Of a stretch of 64,000 bases of DNA, positions 31,427-39,367 are shown piece after piece; within the stretch, counting starts at the first letter, position 1, and each line of letters begins with the position of its first letter. The notes beneath the pieces are model-generated. The model made no database searches. It worked only from the letters and a program-made list of their open reading frames with translations, and had not been told where the DNA came from. The position numbers and the translations under genes were made by a program. The DNA is from a virus (taxonomy: Duplodnaviria; Caudoviricetes): positions 32,001-96,000 of the IMG/VR virus record IMGVR_UViG_2551306228_000004. One strand, written 5' to 3'.

Positions 31427-32011
31427 GAAAGTTACGACATAAGCCAAACTATTCCAAAGTAAATGTAAGGCGATTGCCGTCATACAATCAGTTTTCAATC
31501 GAACAACAGCCAAGGTCAAGCCAAGACAGCTATACATGAGCCAACTCCCTAACTGATTAGGTCCATGGGATAGAACAAAGAGAAAACTGGTCACGCCTAT
31601 TTGTTCAAAAGGGAATGTCAATTTTTCCCACAGCAATTGCCTGTAAACAATCTCTTCAAGAATACTTGCATTGACCAGAAACAATAAAAAGATAATAGGA
31701 GGAACCTGTTTTCCTACTTGTAACAAGACCGCTTGATTCCTAGACTGAACTGGAAATAGGAAGCTGATGAAGACTGCAAAAGCAACCATACACACAAAAC
31801 CAAGAAGCAACCATCTTAGACGATTGCTTAAGGTTATTTTTTTTGCTTGAAGAGTTTTATGACGGGCAATCTCTAAGCAAGTCACACTTAATAGGACCAA
31901 TTGTAGCAAGACTAATACCTTAATCGACATATAGTCTTGTAGGCATAAACTCACCAGAAGTCCGTTAAGCAGTATGGCTAGATAAAACACCACTATCCTT
32001 ATCATTGTCAC
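31421..32011 (-). CDS. CPBP/CAAX intramembrane metalloprotease
   Basis: EEIVYR, FVLSH, HLLWN motifs. Confidence 0.88.
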   Translation of the reverse strand: MTMIRIVVFYLAILLNGLLVSLCLQDYMSIKVLVLLQLVLLSVTCLEIARHKTLQAKKITLSNRLRWLLLGFVCMVAFAVFISFLFPVQSRNQAVLLQVGKQVPPIIFLLFLVNASILEEIVYRQLLWEKLTFPFEQIGVTSFLFVLSHGPNQLGSWLMYSCLGLTLAVVRLKTDCMTAIALHLLWNSLAYVVTFL

Positions 32012-32247
32012 CTCTTGAATAAATCTTCATAATCAATATCTAAGACTAGAACGATTCGCTCAACCCATCTTGTTTGTGGCATCAGACGATTAGATTTGTA
32101 ATGCCGTAATTTTTGATAGAGGCGATTAAATTCACTTGGATAAACATATTGACCTTTGAATACTTTGCGAGCTAGTTCTGCCCAAGTGATTTCTCTTTCT
32201 GAGAGTATGATTTCTAAATTATCCCAAAATCGTTCATTCATCTTCAC
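32008..32247 (-). CDS. XRE-like HTH protein
   Basis: ITWAELARKV...LVLDIDYEDLF. Confidence 0.65.
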   Translation of the reverse strand: MKMNERFWDNLEIILSEREITWAELARKVFKGQYVYPSEFNRLYQKLRHYKSNRLMPQTRWVERIVLVLDIDYEDLFKR

Positions 32248-32249
32248 AC

Positions 32250-32633
32250 CTACCCTGTCACTTGTTTCATCAGACTGGCCTGAAACAGCTCTTCTTTTAC
32301 TTGTCTGGGAAGAAAGGTACGCACTTCGTCTAGCCCAATGGCTGGATAGACGTGATTCTGACAGACAATGAGAGGCAGACGAAGGTTTTGGTCTGGCTTT
32401 TGGAGAATGAGCTGAATCATTTCATTCAAACTTATCGTATATTGACGCTTAAAGCGAAGAAATCGAGGCGACAGCAACTCAAAACAATCCGTGGTTTTGG
32501 CAAAGAGTGACAGTAAGATTTCACGGTTTACATCACACGCTTTTATACAACGATAAGTCACCCCATAGTTGGTCAAAATGGTAAGTAAGTCTTGATTTGT
32601 ATTGGTATTATTTCCTAGATATACCTCAAGCAT
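32250..32633 (-). CDS. ArsC/Spx-family protein lacking CxxC
   Basis: ISLNEMIQLILQKP..LRLPLIV and VRTFLPRQVK resemble the Spx C-terminus. Confidence 0.7.
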   Translation of the reverse strand: MLEVYLGNNTNTNQDLLTILTNYGVTYRCIKACDVNREILLSLFAKTTDCFELLSPRFLRFKRQYTISLNEMIQLILQKPDQNLRLPLIVCQNHVYPAIGLDEVRTFLPRQVKEELFQASLMKQVTG

Positions 32634-32643
32634 AGGCTCCTCC

Positions 32644-33072
32644 TTATAGGGTTAGGCTATTTTCAACTGTTGGTTCAGGAGTTGAGAAATAGCGACTCAT
32701 ATCAATGGGCATCCGTCCTTCACCAAAGCACTTGACCGTCACTAGAGTCGTTAAAATGCCCTCCTTTCCCCTAGCAGAATAATTTTCACCAAAGGCACGA
32801 AAGGCCAGGTGATTGTCTTTCGTCAATAGTGTATCTACACCATTTTTAATATCCCTAGTTTCCATAAAATCCGAAATCCGATGAAGATTGGATTCGTAGA
32901 ATAGGGGATCATTCATCTCCTTGTGGTAATCATCTTCAAAAGTCACCTCAAAGTCACAATCAAAATTGGGGAGCGACAGTATCTTTTGTAATAACTGTTT
33001 GGTTTCAACTTGGTGAATATGTTCTTCTAATTCAGTACAATCTAGGATACTTTTCTTATGTAGTAGGTTCAT
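32644..33072 (-). CDS. Conserved ICE hypothetical protein
   Basis: Start MNLLHKK behind GAGGA, overlapping the MTase stop region. Confidence 0.7.
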   Translation of the reverse strand: MNLLHKKSILDCTELEEHIHQVETKQLLQKILSLPNFDCDFEVTFEDDYHKEMNDPLFYESNLHRISDFMETRDIKNGVDTLLTKDNHLAFRAFGENYSARGKEGILTTLVTVKCFGEGRMPIDMSRYFSTPEPTVENSLTL

Positions 33073-34411
33073 GTTTTTCTTCCTCTTCCGTTCTTCTAAA
33101 TTCTCTGGCAATGGCTTCAATAACTGTGACAGTCACGCTATTGCCGGCCTGTTTGTATAGTTGGCTCTTACTAGAAACACTCTCTGCTCTTTCATAAGCC
33201 CAATCAGGAAAGCCTTGCAGTCTAAAACACTCTCTTGGTGTCAGTCGTCTAATTCTCAGGCGATAAAGTTTTCCGTCTAGAACAATGCCTGTGACTTCAT
33301 ACCACTTAGCCTGTCGATATTCAAGAGCAGCAACTACCACTCCCATATTGTCTGAAGTCGTCAGCGTATTGGATATTCCCTTTCCCACTCGTCCCCTACG
33401 TTTGGTTGAGTCTGGATAAGCCAGATTGACAGAGTCTCCAAGAGTTGCCTTTGCGTACCCTGTTTTTGTGGCTTCCTTGATTTTCAGAAATGGCAGCTCC
33501 TCCCTCAGCAAAATTTTTGGCACCTTATCTCCACCTTGCATGGTGGTCAAAGTCGGTGACAAGCCAGCAATGTCAAATACTCTTCCAGTTTGGTCAAAGC
33601 TAGTCGGCAGATTTCCTGCGACAACAACTCCGTGTCTGTCTTGACTGGTCAAAGTAAACATAGGGTCTTGATTGTCCTTAAATCGACGACCATGTTGGCG
33701 TTTTTCTAGTCTATCTGGTGTTAAAACTGGAATGGCGATTTTTGCCCCCTCTCCTTTACCTCTTGTTAGTGTAGGAGCAAGTCCATTCGTCAGATAGACT
33801 TCACCATTCAAACCACGTTTAGAGGGATTGATATTTCCTAGCCTTTCAAGATGAGCTGGGCTGTTTTCTCTTCTGAGAGGAAATATGAATCTGGAACGGT
33901 ATCTTCTAGAATGTCCGATAATAAAGACCCGCTCTCTGTTTTGCGGGACTTGGAAGTCCTTACTGTTAAGCACCTGCCATTCGACATCATACCCCAATTC
34001 ATCCAACGTGGAGAGGATTGTGGCGAACGTCCGTCCCTCGTCGTGATTGAGTAGGCCTTTGACGTTTTCCAAAAATAGAAAACGTGGTTGGATTTGTTTG
34101 GCCGCTCGAGCAATCTCAAAAAAGAGAGTCCCTCGAGTATCTTCAAATCCCAATCGTCTGCCTGCGAGTGAAAATGCTTGGCAAGGAAATCCCCCGCAGA
34201 TGATGTCCACTTGCCCTCTAAATTGTCTAAAGTCATGGTCTGTGACCTCTTTAATGTCATGGTATTCTATTTCCCCTTCTGTGTTAAACATAGCTTTATA
34301 AGATGTTCTGGCGAATTTATCAATTTCACAAAAGCCCAGGCATTTATGACCTTGTGATTCCATCCCTAGCCTAAAACCGCCTATTCCAGCAAATAAATCT
34401 AAAAATTTCAT
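33056..34411 (-). CDS. DNA (cytosine-5) methyltransferase of the ICE
   Basis: DLFAGIGG, GFPCQ, ENV, QNRER, RRLTPRECFRLQGF, YKQAGNSV. Confidence 0.95.
   Translation of the reverse strand: MKFLDLFAGIGGFRLGMESQGHKCLGFCEIDKFARTSYKAMFNTEGEIEYHDIKEVTDHDFRQFRGQVDIICGGFPCQAFSLAGRRLGFEDTRGTLFFEIARAAKQIQPRFLFLENVKGLLNHDEGRTFATILSTLDELGYDVEWQVLNSKDFQVPQNRERVFIIGHSRRYRSRFIFPLRRENSPAHLERLGNINPSKRGLNGEVYLTNGLAPTLTRGKGEGAKIAIPVLTPDRLEKRQHGRRFKDNQDPMFTLTSQDRHGVVVAGNLPTSFDQTGRVFDIAGLSPTLTTMQGGDKVPKILLREELPFLKIKEATKTGYAKATLGDSVNLAYPDSTKRRGRVGKGISNTLTTSDNMGVVVAALEYRQAKWYEVTGIVLDGKLYRLRIRRLTPRECFRLQGFPDWAYERAESVSSKSQLYKQAGNSVTVTVIEAIAREFRRTEEEEKHEPTT
33838..34260 (-). CDS. Putative overprinted (+1 frame) MTase beta-like polypeptide
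   Basis: 140 stop-free codons inside the MTase; SD-like AAGAGGT 8 nt before the ATG at 34236; LSDILE..V...YFLS shared with ORF 62741..63166. Confidence 0.6.
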   Translation of the reverse strand: MTLKRSQTMTLDNLEGKWTSSAGDFLAKHFHSQADDWDLKILEGLSFLRLLERPNKSNHVFYFWKTSKAYSITTRDGRSPQSSPRWMNWGMMSNGRCLTVRTSKSRKTESGSLLSDILEDTVPDSYFLSEEKTAQLILKG

Positions 34412-34430
34412 TTTTCCTCTCTTTCCAACT

Positions 34431-34460
34431 AAAAAAGAGCCTTACACATGTAAAACTCTT
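34431..34460 (-). terminator. Intrinsic terminator between the repA unit and the MTase
   Basis: AAGAGTTTTACA-tg-TGTAAGGCTCTT followed by a T-run. Confidence 0.6.
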
Positions 34461-34462
34461 GC

Positions 34463-34558
34463 TTATATATGATCATCCATTTCTGGTGCACGAATGATTT
34501 CAACAATCAAAATGATGATAGAAATCAGATAGATTCCGCCTAGTATCCACAAAATCAC
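34463..34558 (-). CDS. 31-aa single-TM peptide (MILWILGGIYLISIIILIVEIIRAPEMDDHI)
   Basis: GTG start immediately after the repA stop, GGAGG RBS within the repA end; not in the ORF track. Confidence 0.6.
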   Translation of the reverse strand: MILWILGGIYLISIIILIVEIIRAPEMDDHI

Positions 34559-34559
34559 C

Positions 34560-35378
34560 TTATTCACCTCCCTTTACTTCTTGTCGTCTCAGTTGCTTGG
34601 TCCACTCTGATAGCACACCATTAAATACGTATTCAGCTATTACTTCCGCTGACCGAGCAAATCGCATATGTTCCAAAGCATACTGATAACGGTCACTAAA
34701 ATAAATCATGGCATAGTCACTAGCTGACTGAGATAGACCTGTCTGTCTTAACTGGTCATGAACCAAACCCCAAATATAGTCTCGATCGTACTTGGTCACG
34801 CCATCGACTTTTGCAGTAAAGTTTTCTTCTTGTTTCTCATCTACCAGCTGTCTCTCCTCCTCATCCTCAATAAGGAAATCACTCCCTTTAGTTTCACTAC
34901 ATTTAGTCTCACTTCTTTCAGTCTCACTAGGGGCTGAATTTAAGACCGGCCCCGTCTTTCTTTGAGACCCCCCTAGTGTTTTTTTAACACTAGCCCCGTC
35001 TGTATGTAAGACTGGGGTATTATCATGTTCTAATTCCCCCAAGTAAATTTTATTTGCCATTCGACCTCTTTCACTAGAGGACTGTTGGACTTCATCAATT
35101 AAGCCATAGTCACGTAAGTTTTTTTTGATTGAAAGTAATTTTGACTTTGAACAGCCTAATAGTGCCATCAGATTTGAATTGGAATAAATCAAATAAATAG
35201 CCCCATCCTCATCAATCCAACCTTTACTCAAAGACAACTCCAACCGATCTTTTAAAACCGCGTAGGCTACCTTAACCTCCAGCTTCATATCCTTATAACG
35301 TTCACTCTCAAACAAGACTTTTGGGAGTTTATAATAACGCTCTGATGTCTGATACTGATTAGCGGTAATACGTTTCAT
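34560..35378 (-). CDS. repA: RepA_N replication initiator
   Basis: YYKLPKVLF...AKVAY-like KVAYAVLKDR...WIDEDG RepA_N signature; internal repeats at ~34905-35001. Confidence 0.9.
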   Translation of the reverse strand: MKRITANQYQTSERYYKLPKVLFESERYKDMKLEVKVAYAVLKDRLELSLSKGWIDEDGAIYLIYSNSNLMALLGCSKSKLLSIKKNLRDYGLIDEVQQSSSERGRMANKIYLGELEHDNTPVLHTDGASVKKTLGGSQRKTGPVLNSAPSETERSETKCSETKGSDFLIEDEEERQLVDEKQEENFTAKVDGVTKYDRDYIWGLVHDQLRQTGLSQSASDYAMIYFSDRYQYALEHMRFARSAEVIAEYVFNGVLSEWTKQLRRQEVKGGE

Positions 35379-35380
35379 GA

Positions 35381-35548
35381 TTATCCCTCCAAGACTAAAA
35401 GTCCAACATTTCCGAATTCATCAAATCGGATTAAACCTACTTGTTCCAATTCATCAACCAGATGAGTTGCTTTCTCAATATCAACTCCTAAAATAGCCAC
35501 GAGATGGCACATCACGATTTGGCGTGATGATTTTTCCTTCTTTTGCAT
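35381..35548 (-). CDS. Small ICE hypothetical protein upstream of repA
   Basis: Start MQKKEK behind AAGGAGG. Confidence 0.7.
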   Translation of the reverse strand: MQKKEKSSRQIVMCHLVAILGVDIEKATHLVDELEQVGLIRFDEFGNVGLLVLEG

Positions 35549-35758
35549 GATTACCTCCTTAAAATAAAAAAACGAGAACACTTATTAAAATGTTCTCGTT
35601 GAACTATTATATTTTATGACGTATCTATTTTTTGTCTACGCAGTCGACATCCAAACAGACATTCACATCAATGTACTTTTTTTGAACCTTTTTTATGTCA
35701 AAATCACTCTTTTCAATAAAGACAAAATGCTTGAAAAAGTGCTTAAAATAAAGGATTT

Positions 35759-35800
35759 TTACCCGTTGCTTCGTTGTAGCAACACTACGCACTCCACGTG
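35759..35800 (-). other. att-like junction: element-borne copy of the rumA 3' end (core CACGTGGAGTGCGT at 35787-35800)
   Basis: Translates as HVECVVLLQRSNG*, the conserved C-terminal HVE motif of RumA/RlmD; no upstream rumA ORF here. Confidence 0.8.
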
Positions 35801-35907
35801 TGCTGATAGGTATTACCTATATTATGGAACGAATTGAAATTACAAGTTGTTAAGATGATATTATGGAACAAAATACTTGTATTACGCTCGCCATTTTTCC
35901 ATAATAA

Positions 35908-36416
35908 CTAAACTGGATGTACACTAGCCATCAGACCATGAGCTATAAAACATCTGTCATTTTGAAAGCCTGAAACCATTCTATAGGCAACTGCCCAAAG
36001 TAAATAATCACCTATACCAATTACTTTTATTTTATTGCAAAACTCATACTCGCTAATTTTTCTTCTTGAATCAATCGGATGTGTAAGAAACTCACTTTGC
36101 AAAAACTCCATGATGCGCCACCCAAAACTAAATCAGCATGAGAATCAATATGAACAACGTCAAAAGGATCTGAAAGCATTTTACTATTAATAAGTTCTTT
36201 CCAAAATATCAGTGCCTAATTATGACCGGTCAATATTCTTCCTGGAATTTTGTGATTTTTTGATAATCCTAAATTTTGTTCTAAAAATTGTCGAACTTCC
36301 TCTTCAGTCCATACTGAATCCCCATAGTACTCTTCATCATGTCTTACTTCACAAGAAAATGGAGTACTTGCTATTTCAGTCATAAAATAATCCATATCTA
36401 AATCCAAGACTCTCAT
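35908..36416 (-). pseudogene. Degenerate UPF0489/arginase-like metallohydrolase gene
   Basis: LDLDMDYF start; in-frame TAG at 36216-36218 followed by ALIFWKEL...HIDSHAD; apparent frameshift near 36100. Confidence 0.6.
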
Positions 36417-36455
36417 ATCAACACCTCCTATAAATTAGACAACTTTCGAAAATTG

Positions 36456-39275
36456 CTATTGTTTACGCAATAACAATATATTAGAATGCAAATCAACCGA
36501 TACCACTTTAAATCCTGCTGCTAGGATGGCATTCGGCATTGTATGGGTTGGTGATGGAGTCCAGTATGCAGAATAGTTGTATGCTGACTTACAAAGGTTG
36601 CAACCAATAATGGCTTCAATATCAGTAAAGGTCAATGTCAGTTCGGTTTTCCCACAGTTTTCAAGATACTGATTCAACTTTGAAAACTTATCTTTTTCCT
36701 TCGGTTCTTCGTCCATTTCACCGACCTGCACAAGTGCATTACTAAGTTCATCACATTTATCAATCATCCAGGCAAAGTATTCTTCCTGCTTTGATGGATT
36801 GAACACATCGGCTTCACGCTTATAGATGATGCGTTTTGCCTCACTACCTTTACGGCTGGAATACCAGTCAAGCTTGTTTCCAAAGATTTCTTCAATCTTG
36901 TTCTTCTTACTTTCGAGTCTTTCAAACGCTTCTTTATTATAAACATAAATCAGTAAGGATAAATACTTACTGCGTGTAACGGTATAAGAAAGATGGTAAT
37001 CAGAACCATTCACAGGAATATCATACCAATTCTGTGCCAATGGTTTACGAAGAGCAATGTCAGTATCTCTGCCTTCTTCCTTACAGTATTCTACAAAGCT
37101 TGACCAAAATTTAAGTTGAAGCTCCCCTAAATCGCCTACGGGCTTAGAAGGTTGTTTTCCTTTGCTTGATGAATCAGCAGGTTTTTCCGATTCTTCTGAT
37201 AGCGGGGCTGGGACAGCCCTGCCATCATTTACCCATGTAACATAGATGAGTTTATTCATCTGTTCTGAAGTAAAACTAAACTTCCATCTGTTTTCCATGA
37301 ACTCCAGAAGTTTCTTGCTTCTCTGATAAATCCGGTCTGCTGTCCAGTCAGATTCCTTGGCAACCTCAATTTCAGAATGCGATCCATTCTGATAACCTCT
37401 TCGGCCACCGTTCTTGGATGTTTTCTTATCCTCAAAACTATCATTCTGCAATGCTGAATTGATACTCTGTGAAAGAGGAAGTAGGTTTCCAAGAGTGCAG
37501 GACAATAATTCGATTTCCTCGCCGCTAAACTGTCTAAATTGATTACGCCAATAGAACCTTGACGGAGTCTGCGGAAGAATATGCTCAATAGAAACTTTGT
37601 CCTTTTCAGTCTTTGTAAACATCTCCCAACTCACCTTATCCAGGTTGTTTTTCTTTGCAAGCTGGTACTCATACTCATATAAGAAGTACTTGATAGAATT
37701 CCAGTAATAGAAACCACCCTTGTTATCGAAGTGCTTTTCTATCTTGGTTATAAAGTTCGGAAGTGCATATTCGATATTGGCATCCGTAGTTTCATTGATA
37801 TCATTGATTAAATCATCAATATCCATTTCCTTGAGGTAAATGCTGCGTGATGCACGATAATACTCACTGCTTCTGAATGTGGCATTAAAATATCCAAGAC
37901 GGAAACAAATAAAGATAAATCTCTCAACGGCTGTATACAGTTCAATCCTCTTTTCCGGTTTCAAGTCTCTTCGGCTGATAACAGCCATAATCAATGGTCT
38001 GAAATGTCCAATGCCGATGCGGTTCAAACGATCCACCCATACCTTTTCATCATCGGAAAGGTTCTCACTCTGGAATGGAAAGAAAGTATCATACCAGTAC
38101 TTTGCCATATTTTTCAGACTGTTTGCATAGTCAAGGATTTCTCCATGTTCAAGTTTGGAAACCTCAACAGTTTCTACTTCACCAGATTCATCTTCAATGT
38201 CAGTATCCGAATCATAGTCCGTATCACTAACAACCGTCAAGGAGTCATCGGCAACAGCCACCGTTTTCTTTTCAAAAATATTCTTGGCAGAGAACTTGTT
38301 CAAAAGGAAATGAATATAGTCATCACCTTTTCTTCTGGAGTAAGCGAAATACACAATCCAATGTGCCCTCAAAAAATCATCATCCGAGAGCGGGGTCTTC
38401 TCATTTCTGCCAAGCTGGAAGTACACTTCCTTCCAGGTATCATTAATCTGTTTACGCAGATTCTCTTTATCCATCTTATCGAACTTACTTTCCGGATAAA
38501 GAGTTGTCAGGTAAATTAGTCGGTTCTTCAATAATTCCAGGTTTGTGAGTTTCTTACCACGGTTATTCATGGTTTCAAATGCTACAAACACATCGTAATC
38601 ATCATCGATTTCATGAATGTTAAACATTAGCCTCTGCGTCAGTTTGAGGTATAATTCATTGATTCCATCCATGCCTTCGCTCTCATAGAGGGCGGTCAGA
38701 TTCTCTCTAAAGAAGTTCTTGGCAAACTTCAGATTTCTTGTGTAGTACGTTTCATTAACGGTCCCGGAATAAGGCTCATTAAAAATTTTGTACTGTAAAT
38801 AGTCAGAACTAGGGTTGTCCACCTCATAACCGAACAGGTATGTAGTTATCTGCTTATTCGGCGGTCTATGTTGACAAATATATTTGGCAACTACATCTTC
38901 CAACGTTTCATATCCCAGCACAATATCCCGGTCGGATAAACCTCCATTCTCTTTTAATATTCTGGAATACTCCACGATTTCATTTAAAAGAATAACAAAA
39001 GTTGTCAGTCTCTGCTGTCCATCAACAATATGACAGGGCTTGAATCCTTTTGATTCCATCCAAAGATCACTACCCCACGATGTTGTTTCAGAAGATTTCA
39101 GATTCTTAAGAGACAATAAACCTGTATAGTGATATCTTCCTTCTTGAAGATTTACTAAATCATCCCAAAAATCAGTAAGCTGTGACTGCTGCCAAGCATA
39201 GCCTCTCTGATAATCCGGAATTCTGAAAAGTCTGTTTTGAAAAAGTAAAGAAAGCGGCTGTAGTTCATTTGCCAT
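36456..39275 (-). CDS. GmrSD-family (DUF262 + DUF1524) nuclease with extra C-terminal domains (DUF4268-like)
   Basis: IPDYQRGYAW, DGQQRLTT, FETMNNRG, IEHILPQ, LGNL...N; LQLKFW...QNWYDI; extended -10 TGGTATAAT at 39319-39327. Confidence 0.85.
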   Translation of the reverse strand: MANELQPLSLLFQNRLFRIPDYQRGYAWQQSQLTDFWDDLVNLQEGRYHYTGLLSLKNLKSSETTSWGSDLWMESKGFKPCHIVDGQQRLTTFVILLNEIVEYSRILKENGGLSDRDIVLGYETLEDVVAKYICQHRPPNKQITTYLFGYEVDNPSSDYLQYKIFNEPYSGTVNETYYTRNLKFAKNFFRENLTALYESEGMDGINELYLKLTQRLMFNIHEIDDDYDVFVAFETMNNRGKKLTNLELLKNRLIYLTTLYPESKFDKMDKENLRKQINDTWKEVYFQLGRNEKTPLSDDDFLRAHWIVYFAYSRRKGDDYIHFLLNKFSAKNIFEKKTVAVADDSLTVVSDTDYDSDTDIEDESGEVETVEVSKLEHGEILDYANSLKNMAKYWYDTFFPFQSENLSDDEKVWVDRLNRIGIGHFRPLIMAVISRRDLKPEKRIELYTAVERFIFICFRLGYFNATFRSSEYYRASRSIYLKEMDIDDLINDINETTDANIEYALPNFITKIEKHFDNKGGFYYWNSIKYFLYEYEYQLAKKNNLDKVSWEMFTKTEKDKVSIEHILPQTPSRFYWRNQFRQFSGEEIELLSCTLGNLLPLSQSINSALQNDSFEDKKTSKNGGRRGYQNGSHSEIEVAKESDWTADRIYQRSKKLLEFMENRWKFSFTSEQMNKLIYVTWVNDGRAVPAPLSEESEKPADSSSKGKQPSKPVGDLGELQLKFWSSFVEYCKEEGRDTDIALRKPLAQNWYDIPVNGSDYHLSYTVTRSKYLSLLIYVYNKEAFERLESKKNKIEEIFGNKLDWYSSRKGSEAKRIIYKREADVFNPSKQEEYFAWMIDKCDELSNALVQVGEMDEEPKEKDKFSKLNQYLENCGKTELTLTFTDIEAIIGCNLCKSAYNYSAYWTPSPTHTMPNAILAAGFKVVSVDLHSNILLLRKQ

Positions 39276-39367
39276 TATTTAGTCCTCCTATCCTTTTATC
39301 ATTCATTAAATTAGTTTTATTATACCACGAAACAACAAAAAAACTGCAACCTTTCGGCCACAGTCAC

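Larger units (their letters stand above)
1..35800 (-). mobile_element. Tn5252/ICESa2603-family ICE (repA-side part; relaxase/integrase end lies left of the window)
   Basis: Canonical gene order repA, C5-MTase, ArsC/Spx-like, XRE, CAAX protease, virD4, pilin, virB6, prgI, virB4, CHAP, adhesin, SNF2, ppi-like; bounded by a rumA-3'-like att at 35787-35800. Confidence 0.92.
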
